DNA of 64,000 bases from an uncultured bacterium (GCA_964398985.1 CAYNOS010000009.1:43-64042); one strand, 5' to 3'. Shown: positions 28,009-38,421, counted from the stretch's first letter. A program made the numbers and translations. Notes: generated by a model from the letters alone, not told the origin.

Positions 28009-30426
28009 CTACCGGGCCCGCCAGCGGCCGGCTTCGAGTGAGTGGGGAACCCAAACCAGTCCCAGGTAGCGAACCGCGACATCTCTGCTGGTGGGTCGGA
28101 CGCTCACGGTGTCCAACTGCAGATCGTCGGGGTGCACAGGCTTGCGTTTGACGGCTTCGAGAGCGTCCGCCAGTTCTGCCATGAGGTTGGTCTGCTCGTC
28201 GCGAGCGGCAGCCAACCTGTCCTTGGCGCGTTGAACGTCGCCCATGTCCTTGGAGCCTCCCGACGCCTTGCGCAGCACGCTGCCGATGGCACCGGAGCGG
28301 CTGCCTCGCCCGATGATGGCATCAAGCACGCTGCCTGCCGTGTCGAGCGCCCGGTGCTGAAACTGCTGCTGCTCGCGTCCCACGGCCTGCTCGGCACTCA
28401 GCACGCGGCGCTCGATGGTGGACAGCTGGCTGCGATAGCGCTGACGAACCCTCTCCAGCTCGCTGTCGCGAGCCTCCCGCGCCGCTTGAGAACAACGCAA
28501 CCTGAAGGTCGACTCGTCCTCGTCAGGTCGCGACACGGCCTTGGTGTCGTTGTGCCGCCACAGCGTCAGCGCCCCGTCGGTGCGCGCCCAGCGGACGAAG
28601 TCGTTCCCCCACGCCTTCAGCGCGGGTTCGTCAAGTGAGATCGCCGGGAGCTCCGCATGCGTCGCTCCAGCGGCAGGCGCCTGCAGGAGGTCGTCGAGAT
28701 CCACCATGGCGTCTTCGCCTTCGGACCAGTTCACGGCGACCGGCCCTTCTCGCGGTTCCACCAGCCTGGTGACCCGTCGGGTGTGCTCGACGCCATGGGT
28801 CTTCGAGTAGTAGTGCACGTCCGCTGCCGCCAGCACGAACGGGAAGTAGGTGATGTCGGACCCGGAGGCCGTGGTCGGTAGGTACATGGCGGGCAGGTGG
28901 CGTGGGAGCGCAGGAGGTCCGCCCCCCCTGTCCAACGTTGCCGGAGCCGGCGAGGTCGCGACCGAGGGGGCAGGCCTACGCTCAACCGCGTTCTCAAGCG
29001 GTTCTCCCCCCGTCAGGCGGGTGGTAGAGCCGACCTTCTCGCTGAGCAGCTTGACCTGGTCGCGGGACAACGGCCCGGCCAGGTACGACATCACCCACCG
29101 GGTCTGGAAGGCCGTGGGGCGTCTGTCATGAACGTTGTTCATCAGGAACGTGCGCTTGGGAAGCGCTCCGATCTTGGCCTCGAGTGCCTGCGGGTCGGTG
29201 CTGCCTGACGCGCTTGTGAGGCCGTCGATGAGCCTGCCTTTGTCGCGCTCGGTCTGGAGACGGCCGATGAACCAGGTTCCAGCGTTCGACAGCCCTTTGT
29301 AGTCGAGGTCCACCGGGTTCTGGGTCGACAACACGAGCCCGACGCCGAATGCGCGGGCTTGCTTCAGCAGCGTCAACAAGGGGCGCTTCGTCGAAGGTTC
29401 TGCGACCGGTGGCATGAAGCCGAAGAGCTCGTCGATGTAGACGATCGCTCGGAGGCTGGACGTGCCGCTCTGGGCACGCGTCCACGCGACCACCTCGGTC
29501 AGCAGCAACGTGAGGAAGAACTCCCGCTCGGCGTCGCCTAGATGGCTGAGCGTGACGACTGCGATCCGTGGGTGTCCGTTGTCGTCGTACAGCAGCTCCT
29601 GAACGTCCAGGGCAGCGCCCGTCGTCCACGCTTCGAAGCCAGGTGCCGCCAGGAGGTTGTTGAGCGACATGGCCAAGCGCAGCCTGTCGCGGGGAGGGAA
29701 GACCGTGGCCAGGTCCATGACTCCCAACTGCCTGAATGGAGGCTCTTGGACGGCAGAGATCAGCTCGGCCAGGTCCACATCGCGTCCGGCTCGCCAGTAG
29801 TGCTCGAGGATGCTTGCTATCAGCACGTGCTCGCGACCGAGGGGATCGGTGTCGTGCCCCAAGAGCCCGAGAATGCCTCCGGAGGTCGCCGCCAGCCTAT
29901 CGTTGAGAAGATCCCGGTCCCCCAGCACGGCGGCCTTGGGTGCCGCGAACGAACGCAGTATCGAGATGGGCCGTCCGGCCACCGAACCGGGAGTGTAGAT
30001 CGTGACCTCGGCAGACCGCCGCAGGCGCTCGATGCGCTCGGACGACTGCCCCCAGGCCGCGAGCCCCTCGCGCCACGCCTGCGCCTGCTGTTCAGCATAG
30101 ACAGAAAGGTCTAGCCCAGCACGGGCGGCATCGCCGGGGTCGACCCACGGCTCGAAGTCGGCGCCCGACAACTCAGGAAAGGTGAGGGCCAGGTTGCCCA
30201 TGTCGCCTTTGGGGTCGATCACCAGCGCTGGGATCCCGTCGATCGCCGCTTCCTCGATGAGAGCCACGCCCAGACCGGTCTTGCCGCTTCCGGTCATGCC
30301 CACGATGACGGCGTGGGTAGTGAGGTCGGCAGCGTCATACAGCAGTGGGCGCTCGGTGGCGTGGGTGAGGTCGTCGTCCGAAACCTCGCGGCCCAGGTAG
30401 AAGGCGCCAAGATGCTCGAAGTCCAC
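28009..30426 (-). CDS. HerA/FtsK-like P-loop ATPase with a long C-terminal extension
   Basis: Walker A GMTGSGKTG and Walker B-like IVYIDELFGF. About 350 C-terminal residues include a coiled-coil-like segment. Confidence 0.65.
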   Translation of the reverse strand: MDFEHLGAFYLGREVSDDDLTHATERPLLYDAADLTTHAVIVGMTGSGKTGLGVALIEEAAIDGIPALVIDPKGDMGNLALTFPELSGADFEPWVDPGDAARAGLDLSVYAEQQAQAWREGLAAWGQSSERIERLRRSAEVTIYTPGSVAGRPISILRSFAAPKAAVLGDRDLLNDRLAATSGGILGLLGHDTDPLGREHVLIASILEHYWRAGRDVDLAELISAVQEPPFRQLGVMDLATVFPPRDRLRLAMSLNNLLAAPGFEAWTTGAALDVQELLYDDNGHPRIAVVTLSHLGDAEREFFLTLLLTEVVAWTRAQSGTSSLRAIVYIDELFGFMPPVAEPSTKRPLLTLLKQARAFGVGLVLSTQNPVDLDYKGLSNAGTWFIGRLQTERDKGRLIDGLTSASGSTDPQALEAKIGALPKRTFLMNNVHDRRPTAFQTRWVMSYLAGPLSRDQVKLLSEKVGSTTRLTGGEPLENAVERRPAPSVATSPAPATLDRGGGPPALPRHLPAMYLPTTASGSDITYFPFVLAAADVHYYSKTHGVEHTRRVTRLVEPREGPVAVNWSEGEDAMVDLDDLLQAPAAGATHAELPAISLDEPALKAWGNDFVRWARTDGALTLWRHNDTKAVSRPDEDESTFRLRCSQAAREARDSELERVRQRYRSQLSTIERRVLSAEQAVGREQQQFQHRALDTAGSVLDAIIGRGSRSGAIGSVLRKASGGSKDMGDVQRAKDRLAAARDEQTNLMAELADALEAVKRKPVHPDDLQLDTVSVRPTSRDVAVRYLGLVWVPHSLEAGRWRAR

Positions 30427-30571
30427 TGTCTCTCCAATCGCTCGCGAATGGCGAAGCGCGAGTCACGCCGCAGTCATTCTGCCCGTTCGTCAGGGCGGCA
30501 GGCTCCTCGCCAGACTAACCAGCGGCGGCCATACCAGGGAGCTTGGGCAGTGTCTGGTAGACTCAGCCGCC

Positions 30572-33343
30572 TTGAAGACTTTCTACCTAATCGATGGGCA
30601 TGCTCAGCTCTTCCGTGCCTATTACGCGCCGTTTCGCGATCTGACATCACCTACCGGCGAGAACGTGAAGGCCGTCTACGTGTTCACGCAGATGCTCTTG
30701 AATCTGCTCAAGAACGTGAAGCCGGACTACTTGGCGGTCGCCTTCGATGTCAGCGATTCGACTACGCAGCGCAAGGGCTGGTTCCCTGAGTACAAGGCCA
30801 ACCGCGAAGCGTCACCTGAAGACCTGCATGGCCAGTTCCTGCGCATCCGGCAGATCGTCGGGGCGCTGCGGCTGCCGATCTTCGAGCTCGAGGGCTACGA
30901 GGCTGATGACCTGATCGCGACCATCGCGCGGAGGCTCGCCGGTCGCGGTGTCGAGCTCAGGATCGGGAGCAAGGACAAGGATCTCCATCAGATCCTGACC
31001 GATCAGGTCAAGCTCTGGGACCCATCCTCCGGCGACCTGTTGGACGTCGCGACGCTTCTGGCCACCAGGGGCTATGCGCCGGAGCAAGCGGTCGAGATCC
31101 AGACGTTGACCGGCGACAGCACGGACAACATCCCTGGCGCGAGAGGGGTGGGCGTGAAGACCGCGGCCAGACTCATCGCCCAGTTCGGGACCGCCGAGGA
31201 GGTGGTGGCGAACGCTGCTCAGCTGACCCCCAAGCTGCGCGAGAACCTGCTCGCGCACGCTCCCATGATGCCTCTGACGCGGCGTCTGGTGACGCTCGAT
31301 CAGGAGGCGCCGCTTGACTTCGATCTCGAGGCGTGCGCCACGCCGCGACCGACGCGCGGCGACCTCAAGCCGCTGTTCGACGAGTTGGGGTTCCGCTCGT
31401 TCGGTGACTGGCTTCCCGAGGAACCTGGCCTCGAGGTCGGCGTCGTGAGCGCAGGCAGTGGCCGGCCAGCCCAAGCCGAGAGTGTGCAGACCGGTCTATC
31501 CACCGCCCCAGCGGCTGGCGATTACCGCGTCGTGAACACGCCACAGGGCTTCGCCGCGTTCCTCGACCAGCTGTCCGCCCAGCCGGTCTTCTGCATCGAC
31601 ACCGAGACAACGGCTCTGCGTGCCGTCGATGCCGACATCGTCGGATATGCCTTCAGTTGGAAGGCGGGGACAGGCTGGTACCTTCCGGTTCGGGGCGATC
31701 ACGGTCAGAACCTCGATCCCGACGCCACGGCCGCCGCGCTGAGGCCGATACTCGAGCGCTCCGACACCCTGAAAGTCGGCCAGAACCTCAAGTACGACAT
31801 CATCGTGCTGGATCGCGCCGGCATTCGACTGGGGGGACCGCTGTTCGACACGATGGTGGCTGCCGCGCTGCTCTTCCCACAGCGTCGGACCAACAACATG
31901 GACGATCTGGCCCGGGACTTGCTTCAGATCGCAACGACGCCGATCACGGATCTGATCGGGAAGGGCAAGACGCAAATCAGCATGCTCCAGGTGCCGCTCG
32001 ACAAGGTCGCCGATTACGCCGCGGAAGACGCTGACGTGACCTGGCGGCTCTACGAGCGCCTCGCCGAGGAGCTCGAGGCGATCAGTAAGGCGACCCCCGG
32101 CGCCGCGGTACTCGGCAAGCTGTTCCAAGAGGTCGAGATGCCGTTGGTGAGGGTGCTGGCCGCCATGGAGCGAGAAGGAGTCGCCCTCGATGCAGGTCTG
32201 CTCGAAGCCTACGCGGGCCGCGTTGCTGGGCGGATCGAGCAGGTCAGGGCGGAGGCGATGAGCGCCGCTGGCATCGAGTTCAATCCAGACTCGCCGAAGC
32301 AGCTGGCTGAGGTGCTATTCGACCGGCTGGCCCTGCGGGTCGTCAAGACGACGAAAACCGGGCGCTCGACGGATGCCGAAGTGCTCGAGACTCTGGCGGC
32401 CGAATCACAGCATCTTCTGCCGCGGATCTTGCTCGAGTACCGTGAGCTCTCCAAGCTGTTGGGGACCTACCTGCAACCCCTGCCAGGCTATCTGAGCAAG
32501 ACGACAGGGCGACTGCACGCTTCGTTCCATCAGACGGGCGCTGCCACTGGCCGCCTCTCATCCAGCGACCCGAACATCCAGAACATCCCCATCCGAACCG
32601 AGATGGGCAGAGAGGTCCGGCGGGCGTTCACCGCACGCGATGCTGAGTGCCTGTTGCTGACGGCCGATTACTCGCAAGTCGAGTTGAGGATGCTCGCGCA
32701 CTTCAGCGCTGACGAGGAGCTCAGCGCTGCTTTCTTCGAAGGCCGCGACATTCACGCGCACGTCGCCTCTCAGATCTTCGATGTTCCTCTCGAGGCTGTG
32801 ACGCCCGACCAGCGTCGCATCGCCAAGACCGTGAACTTCGGGATCATCTACGGTCAGACGGCGTTCGGGTTGGCGAGGACCTTGCGAATCCCGCAGAGCG
32901 AAGCGGGTGCCTTCATTGCGGCCTACAAGGAGCGCTACACCGGACTCGAGCGATTCTTGAGGTCGTGCGTGGAGCAGGCCGAGGAGCTCGGCTACGTCAC
33001 GACCATCCTTGGTCGAAGGCGCGCCATCGAAGAGGTTCGCTCACGAAACCGCAACCTGAGACAGCTGGGGGAACGCCTGGCGATCAACACGGTCATCCAG
33101 GGCAGCGCGGCCGATCTGATCAAGGTCGCGATGGTGCGCCTCGATGAACGCCTGCGGGAACTAGGCGGAGGCGCTCGGCTGCTGATCCAGGTCCACGACG
33201 AGCTGGTCCTGGAGACCCCCAGGAGTCTGGCCGAAGAGGTCAAGGCCGTCACGGTCGAGACCATGACCCACGCTCTCGACCTTCGGGTGCCTCTGAAAGT
33301 CGACGTCGGCGTCGCTCACAACTGGCTGGAAGGCAAAGCCTAG
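30572..33343 (+). CDS. polA: DNA polymerase I
   Basis: TTG start. 5'-nuclease N-terminal domain, 3'-5' exonuclease motif (FCIDTETTAL), and polymerase motifs DYSQVELRMLAH and QVHDELVLE. Confidence 0.95.
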   Translation: MKTFYLIDGHAQLFRAYYAPFRDLTSPTGENVKAVYVFTQMLLNLLKNVKPDYLAVAFDVSDSTTQRKGWFPEYKANREASPEDLHGQFLRIRQIVGALRLPIFELEGYEADDLIATIARRLAGRGVELRIGSKDKDLHQILTDQVKLWDPSSGDLLDVATLLATRGYAPEQAVEIQTLTGDSTDNIPGARGVGVKTAARLIAQFGTAEEVVANAAQLTPKLRENLLAHAPMMPLTRRLVTLDQEAPLDFDLEACATPRPTRGDLKPLFDELGFRSFGDWLPEEPGLEVGVVSAGSGRPAQAESVQTGLSTAPAAGDYRVVNTPQGFAAFLDQLSAQPVFCIDTETTALRAVDADIVGYAFSWKAGTGWYLPVRGDHGQNLDPDATAAALRPILERSDTLKVGQNLKYDIIVLDRAGIRLGGPLFDTMVAAALLFPQRRTNNMDDLARDLLQIATTPITDLIGKGKTQISMLQVPLDKVADYAAEDADVTWRLYERLAEELEAISKATPGAAVLGKLFQEVEMPLVRVLAAMEREGVALDAGLLEAYAGRVAGRIEQVRAEAMSAAGIEFNPDSPKQLAEVLFDRLALRVVKTTKTGRSTDAEVLETLAAESQHLLPRILLEYRELSKLLGTYLQPLPGYLSKTTGRLHASFHQTGAATGRLSSSDPNIQNIPIRTEMGREVRRAFTARDAECLLLTADYSQVELRMLAHFSADEELSAAFFEGRDIHAHVASQIFDVPLEAVTPDQRRIAKTVNFGIIYGQTAFGLARTLRIPQSEAGAFIAAYKERYTGLERFLRSCVEQAEELGYVTTILGRRRAIEEVRSRNRNLRQLGERLAINTVIQGSAADLIKVAMVRLDERLRELGGGARLLIQVHDELVLETPRSLAEEVKAVTVETMTHALDLRVPLKVDVGVAHNWLEGKA

Positions 33344-33350
33344 CGGGGAG

Positions 33351-34283
33351 TCACTCGCCCTCGTCGTCGCTGGAAGCCGGTTCTGGCTGCGAGAGGCGCA
33401 AAGACTCCCGCGTGAACCACTCGTAGTTCGGGTTCGTTGGCTCGAGGGCCAAGGCTCTGCTGTAGGCGGCGTGAGCGTCTTCGAAGAAGCCCTGCTCGAA
33501 ATGCACGCGCCCCAGCCACGACCAGGCGAGCGCGTAGTTCGCGTTGCGGGCAGTGGCACTCGCGAAGCTGTTGCGGGCGAGAGCGAGGCTTCCCGCCTCG
33601 TACAAGCGGATGCCCTCGTAGAAGTCGTTGGCGGCATCCACGCCCCAACGCGCTTGCGCCTGAGCGAGTTGCAGGAAATACTCCGCCCCCTCGGCATCCG
33701 GATCGATCTCCAGCAGCGTGCGCCAGGCTGCCACGGCCTGTTCGGGGCGCCTCGTCTCCAGCATGATGCGACCGAGCCACCTGTGGGCCTCGGCGTCGTC
33801 AGGCACGTAGTGGGTGACCAGAGCATAGGTCTCGGCAGCGCGGGCTAGGTCGCCCGCCTGATAGGCGGCAAAGGCGTTCTCGTTGGCTGACGCTGCGAAA
33901 AGGGCCGCTTGCTCTTCGTCCAGCATCCCACCGGCGGCGAAGTACAGCTTCCAGGTCTCCACTGCCGGTCCGTGCCAGTTCGAGCGGCTGTAGGCTTCGG
34001 CCAGGAAGCCTAGCGGCTCGGGATGACCTGGTGCGAGGCTCACCGCCGTGCGGCCCTCGCGGAAAGCCTGCTGCCACAGAGGCCGGTCAGGATACTGCGC
34101 AGGGTAGGTTGCGAGAGCCTCTTGCATCGCGGCTTCGCCACGAGCCAGGGCCTCGCTGGCGTTACCGGGCAGGGCCTGGGCCGCGGACACGTTCGTCACG
34201 ACGAAGGCAACGAGCGCGAGTAGGTAGCTCAGGCCCAAGGCCAGACGTCGAGCTGTGGGTAGGTGATCGGTCATGACGTTCAT
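33351..34283 (-). CDS. Membrane-anchored tetratricopeptide-repeat protein
   Basis: N-terminal TM or signal segment followed by repeated A..Y/W TPR-like units. Confidence 0.6.
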   Translation of the reverse strand: MNVMTDHLPTARRLALGLSYLLALVAFVVTNVSAAQALPGNASEALARGEAAMQEALATYPAQYPDRPLWQQAFREGRTAVSLAPGHPEPLGFLAEAYSRSNWHGPAVETWKLYFAAGGMLDEEQAALFAASANENAFAAYQAGDLARAAETYALVTHYVPDDAEAHRWLGRIMLETRRPEQAVAAWRTLLEIDPDAEGAEYFLQLAQAQARWGVDAANDFYEGIRLYEAGSLALARNSFASATARNANYALAWSWLGRVHFEQGFFEDAHAAYSRALALEPTNPNYEWFTRESLRLSQPEPASSDDEGE

Positions 34284-34402
34284 CTAGCACCTCCGAGAAA
34301 GGGCTCGGCGCCACTCGATTTCCAGGCGCGAAGTGATTTCGTTCACTCTACGGTAGCCGCGCCAAGGGCCCAGACCTCCGTGCGACTACGGCTCGACCGC
34401 GC

Positions 34403-36466
34403 TCAGTTCAGATCGCGCGGAGTCTTGATCGGGTCAACTGGCAGCGGGAGCCGGCTCTTCAGTGTCGCTTGCCCGTGTCGTACCGAAGGCTCAGGCCGTC
34501 CAGGCTTGACGTTCGCCAACAAGTACCCCTGACCGAACTCGACGCCGGCCGAGATCAGCCAGGCTCGCTGATGCTCGGTCTCGATGCCTTCGGCCACCAG
34601 TTCCATTCCTATTCCTCGCGAGAACTCCACGAGTGCACGGATCAAGTGCTCATCCTTGCTCCGACGTCCGATGCCTCGCGTGAAGCTGGCATCGATCTTC
34701 AGCGACGAAACAGGTAGCCGATCCAAGGTGCTCAGAGACGAGTGCCCGGTTCCGAAATCGTCGAGCGCTATGCGTACGCCCAGGCTCTCGAGTTCGGAGA
34801 GGATGGCTGCCGAGAGCTCGTAGTTCTCCAAGGCGCTGCGCTCCGTGATCTCCAAGATCAGACGAGTCGCGGGAGCCCGGGTGGCCTCGAGCAAGGCTCT
34901 GACCCGGCCGGGAAGGTCGACATCGGACACGGACTGCGCTGAGAGGTTGACCGACACTGCGATGTCCGAACCGGCTTCGCTCCAGCGTGCCAGCTCTCGC
35001 ACCGCGACTGCCAGGGCCCACTCGTCCAGTCGCCTTGCAAGACCGGTCGCCTCCGCCAGGCATATGAACTCGGTCGTCGGTACGCGGCCTCGCCGGGAGT
35101 GGTTCCAGCGCGCCAATGCCTCGACCGCCACGACTTCGCCGGTGGTGAGGCGGCAGATTGGCTGGTAGTGCTGCTCGAGACCGCCCTCCTTGATAGCTTC
35201 GGCCAGCTCGTTCTCGAGGTAGATGCTGTGATACGTCTGCGAGTCGCTGCCCTGACGGTAGAACCGCATCGGAAGGCGCAGTGTCTTGGCTCGGTACATG
35301 GCTTTCTCGGCCTTCTGGAGAAGCGTATGCAGATCGACCCCGTCGCGTGGGAACAGCGAGACTCCGATGCTGGCCTCGAGTCGAACGCCTCGACCGCCAG
35401 CGCGAAAGGGTCTCTTGATGGCGTCCGCGATCCGCTCGACGGCGGCATGGGCCGTGGCTTCGGTCGCGCCCGGCAATACCATGGCAAACTCGTCGCCTCC
35501 GAGCCGAGCGATGTAGTCTCCGAGCCTCATCTGACCCTTCAGGCGCCTGGCGAGGTCCTGGAGCATCCGGTCACCTTGGTGCCTTCCCAGCGTGTCGTTG
35601 ACCGCCTTGAAGCGATCGATGTCGAGGAGGACGATGGCGACCGAGCGACCGGTGCGCCCGTGATGATCGAACACCTGTTTGGCGGCGGCCTCCAGGAAGA
35701 AGTTGTTGGGGAGTTGTGTCAGCGGGTCGACGAACGATCGGTTGGCCAGTCTGCGCACCAACGGCACTATGAGAGCGAGGAACGCCAACGTGATTCCGAG
35801 CACGCCGACCGTGACTATCCAGCGCGCGACGTTCAGTTCGCCTCTCAGTGCACCCAGGTCCTGAACCACCTCGATGGCGCCGGCAGGTTGCCCGGCGACC
35901 GTGCTCAGTGGAATCAGCGTCGAGTAGCTGCGACTGGGCGTTCCCAACAGCGAAGCCGAGAAGCGCGTCGAACGCTTGCCGGCCAGAGCCTCGGCGAGCT
36001 TGGCGTCCTGCGTAGGCTCCATGCCGACGAGGTCGGGATTGGTCGCGTAGGCGATGCGCCCGTGCTGGTCATAGGCACGAACAGCCACCGTGTTGGGGTT
36101 GCGCTCGGTGAGCGCGCCGAAGTGGGCCCAGGCATCGGCAGCGCCGTGAGCCGGTTCGGTGATGACGATCTTGCTGCCGTTCGTGTCGCTTGCGAGCCCG
36201 GTCTGTTGCAGGAGGCCAGCTACGTGAGAAGTTACCTCGCTGCTGCCGGCGTGAACGATGCTGCTGGAGATGCGCAGCATCACGAAACTCGCGAGCAGCC
36301 AAGCCAGCCCCACCGCAGGAGCTACGATGCCCAGCGCTATTCCCAGCAGGTACCGTCGTTGCGGGTTGGCTCTGACAGTTCGGTCGGAAACCGTTCGGTG
36401 TCGCCGGTTGACTGGTGTGTTGGCTTGGTCGTGACGGGCGGGTGACCAGGCCGAGTTCCGCCGCAT
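34403..36466 (-). CDS. Sensor diguanylate cyclase/phosphodiesterase (TM sensor - GGDEF - EAL)
   Basis: RLGGDEFAMV (GGDEF), EITERSAL and DDFGTGHSS (EAL), and two TM segments flanking a periplasmic region. Confidence 0.88.
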   Translation of the reverse strand: MRRNSAWSPARHDQANTPVNRRHRTVSDRTVRANPQRRYLLGIALGIVAPAVGLAWLLASFVMLRISSSIVHAGSSEVTSHVAGLLQQTGLASDTNGSKIVITEPAHGAADAWAHFGALTERNPNTVAVRAYDQHGRIAYATNPDLVGMEPTQDAKLAEALAGKRSTRFSASLLGTPSRSYSTLIPLSTVAGQPAGAIEVVQDLGALRGELNVARWIVTVGVLGITLAFLALIVPLVRRLANRSFVDPLTQLPNNFFLEAAAKQVFDHHGRTGRSVAIVLLDIDRFKAVNDTLGRHQGDRMLQDLARRLKGQMRLGDYIARLGGDEFAMVLPGATEATAHAAVERIADAIKRPFRAGGRGVRLEASIGVSLFPRDGVDLHTLLQKAEKAMYRAKTLRLPMRFYRQGSDSQTYHSIYLENELAEAIKEGGLEQHYQPICRLTTGEVVAVEALARWNHSRRGRVPTTEFICLAEATGLARRLDEWALAVAVRELARWSEAGSDIAVSVNLSAQSVSDVDLPGRVRALLEATRAPATRLILEITERSALENYELSAAILSELESLGVRIALDDFGTGHSSLSTLDRLPVSSLKIDASFTRGIGRRSKDEHLIRALVEFSRGIGMELVAEGIETEHQRAWLISAGVEFGQGYLLANVKPGRPEPSVRHGQATLKSRLPLPVDPIKTPRDLN

Positions 36467-36669
36467 TTCACGATTGTCTCACCGTCAGATGAGAAGCGAT
36501 GCGGCAAATGGACATCCCATCTCATCTGGCGGTCCGCGGTGCTGCGGTGGTGGTGCCGACGTGGGGCTATGATGTCTGGTCCTTGATGCCTGACGGTGGC
36601 CTGCGGCGCACCATCTCGAGAGAGTGGTCCACGCCCGGGGCGTTCTTCGGGCGAGAGCCGGAGCCCTAG

Positions 36670-37407
36670 ATGAGAATCCTAGTGAGCAATGACGACGGCA
36701 TCTTCAGCCCCGGGATACTTGCGCTTGCGCGCGTGGCGGCCGACTTCGGTGACGTTCGCATCGTCGCCCCTGACGTAGAGCAATCGGCGATGAGCCATGC
36801 GATCACCGTGCGGCGGCCGCTACACTATCGCAGGACGCCCATCGACACCTTCGAGGCCTATCGCGTGGACGGGACCCCCGCGGACTGCGTCGCTTTGGGA
36901 ACGCACCATTGGGATGCCGTCGACCTGGTGCTGACTGGCATCAACCTCGGCCACAACCTAGGTCACAACATCTGGCACTCCGGAACCGTGGCCGCTGCGA
37001 AGCAAGCGGCATTCCTTGGTATCCGAGCGGTCGCGTTCAGCGCCCCCTATAGCGACAGCCCAACTGACTACGACGTCCTGGGACCGTTCCTGCGCCGCGT
37101 GATCGATCATGCGATCGTCATGACCGATGGCCTTCTGCTCAACGTGAACTTCCCGGACGAACCGATCGGGATGATGTGGACGAGGCAGTCAGTGAGGCAC
37201 TACGAAGGCTACGTACTCCCGGGTGAGGATCCGATGGGTCGCCTCCACTACTGGTTCGCGGAAGAGCCTCGCGAACCGGTGGAGGAGGGCACCGACAGGT
37301 GGGCGATCGAGCAGAGGCTCGTCTCGGTCACTCCGCTGAGGCTCGATCTCACCGACGACGTGTTGCTGGCACGCTCTCGCGCTGTCGACCCCCGGTGGGG
37401 AAGCTAG
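36670..37407 (+). CDS. surE: 5'/3'-nucleotidase SurE
   Basis: N-terminus MRILVSNDDGIFSPGILAL, plus GINLGHNLG and SGTVAAA. Confidence 0.9.
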   Translation: MRILVSNDDGIFSPGILALARVAADFGDVRIVAPDVEQSAMSHAITVRRPLHYRRTPIDTFEAYRVDGTPADCVALGTHHWDAVDLVLTGINLGHNLGHNIWHSGTVAAAKQAAFLGIRAVAFSAPYSDSPTDYDVLGPFLRRVIDHAIVMTDGLLLNVNFPDEPIGMMWTRQSVRHYEGYVLPGEDPMGRLHYWFAEEPREPVEEGTDRWAIEQRLVSVTPLRLDLTDDVLLARSRAVDPRWGS

Positions 37408-37413
37408 CGCGTC

Positions 37414-38379
37414 TCACGCTCGACCAGCAGAGACGTCGCGCAGATGCTCGAGTACCGCGATCACCAACCTGGCGTCCTCGGCTCCTCGGTGCGCCTGGGC
37501 GGCACGAGCCACGCCTTCGATCACAGCGGCTCTCTGTAGTCCGACAGCCCCGCGCCCGACTCCTCGGCAGTGGGCGTACGCGTGCATGGCGCATTCGAAC
37601 GGCGGCAAGTCGTGAGGCGCCCCCCACGCCCGCGACGACTGAAGTACCAGTCGCTCGTCGAAGGCGGCGTTCCAGGCGAGCACCCTGCGTCCGTCGATGC
37701 ACTCGTGCAAGCGCGCGCTCACTTCCGGCCACCGGGGGGCGTCGCGCAGGTCTGCCGCGCTCAGGCGATTGACGCGGCTGGCAGCAGGATGCATCACTGC
37801 CCGCCTCGGTCTGACGAGCGTCTCCATGAGCAGCGTTCCGTCGGACGCTACCGCAGCGACCTCGACGACCTCGTCATGAGCTCCGAGACCGGTGGTCTCG
37901 GTGTCGACGACCACGAAGCCCTCGCGGAACAACTCGATGAGCCAGCGCCGCGGGGCGTCAAGCAGCGTGGTTCTGCGCGCGGTGGCGGGACGAACGACCA
38001 CGCCGAACGCGCGACCCTTTGGCTTCTCGTCTGGTGACGAGCGCAACGACGTTCGTCCCCGGCGCTCCTCAACTGGCACAGCGGCTGGTGTACTCCGACG
38101 CGGGAGCCTGGCCCAATCGTCGCCGCGCAGCTTGCGTGCTTCAGACGTGCTGTAGAGGGCGACCGCAGCCGGCCCCTCGGGGGCCACACTCTGCGGTTGC
38201 AGGTGCCGCAGCCACGCCACCGGCTCACCAAGGAGCACGAAGCCACCGGCACGAAGTTCGGGCTCGGTGCGAAGATCACGAGGGACTTGGCCAGGCTCCG
38301 TATAGACCGGCAGGCGATCGCCTTGCTCCACCGCAAGCAGTCTAGCTGCTGGCGAGTCACCTCCTGCGACCGCCGCCAC
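37414..38379 (-). CDS. DEDDh 3'-5' exonuclease (DnaQ-like) with an uncharacterised N-terminal extension
   Basis: Exo motifs VVVDTETTG, AWNAAFDE and HRGAEDA. The track ORF runs to 38853 but would overlap the CBS gene. GTG 38379, with AGGA 4 nt upstream, is my best guess for the start; later starts are possible. Confidence 0.65.
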   Translation of the reverse strand: MAAVAGGDSPAARLLAVEQGDRLPVYTEPGQVPRDLRTEPELRAGGFVLLGEPVAWLRHLQPQSVAPEGPAAVALYSTSEARKLRGDDWARLPRRSTPAAVPVEERRGRTSLRSSPDEKPKGRAFGVVVRPATARRTTLLDAPRRWLIELFREGFVVVDTETTGLGAHDEVVEVAAVASDGTLLMETLVRPRRAVMHPAASRVNRLSAADLRDAPRWPEVSARLHECIDGRRVLAWNAAFDERLVLQSSRAWGAPHDLPPFECAMHAYAHCRGVGRGAVGLQRAAVIEGVARAAQAHRGAEDARLVIAVLEHLRDVSAGRA

Positions 38380-38421
38380 CGAGGTCCTAATATGAGCCGA
38401 GTCGGCGAAGGAGGTGGCGCT

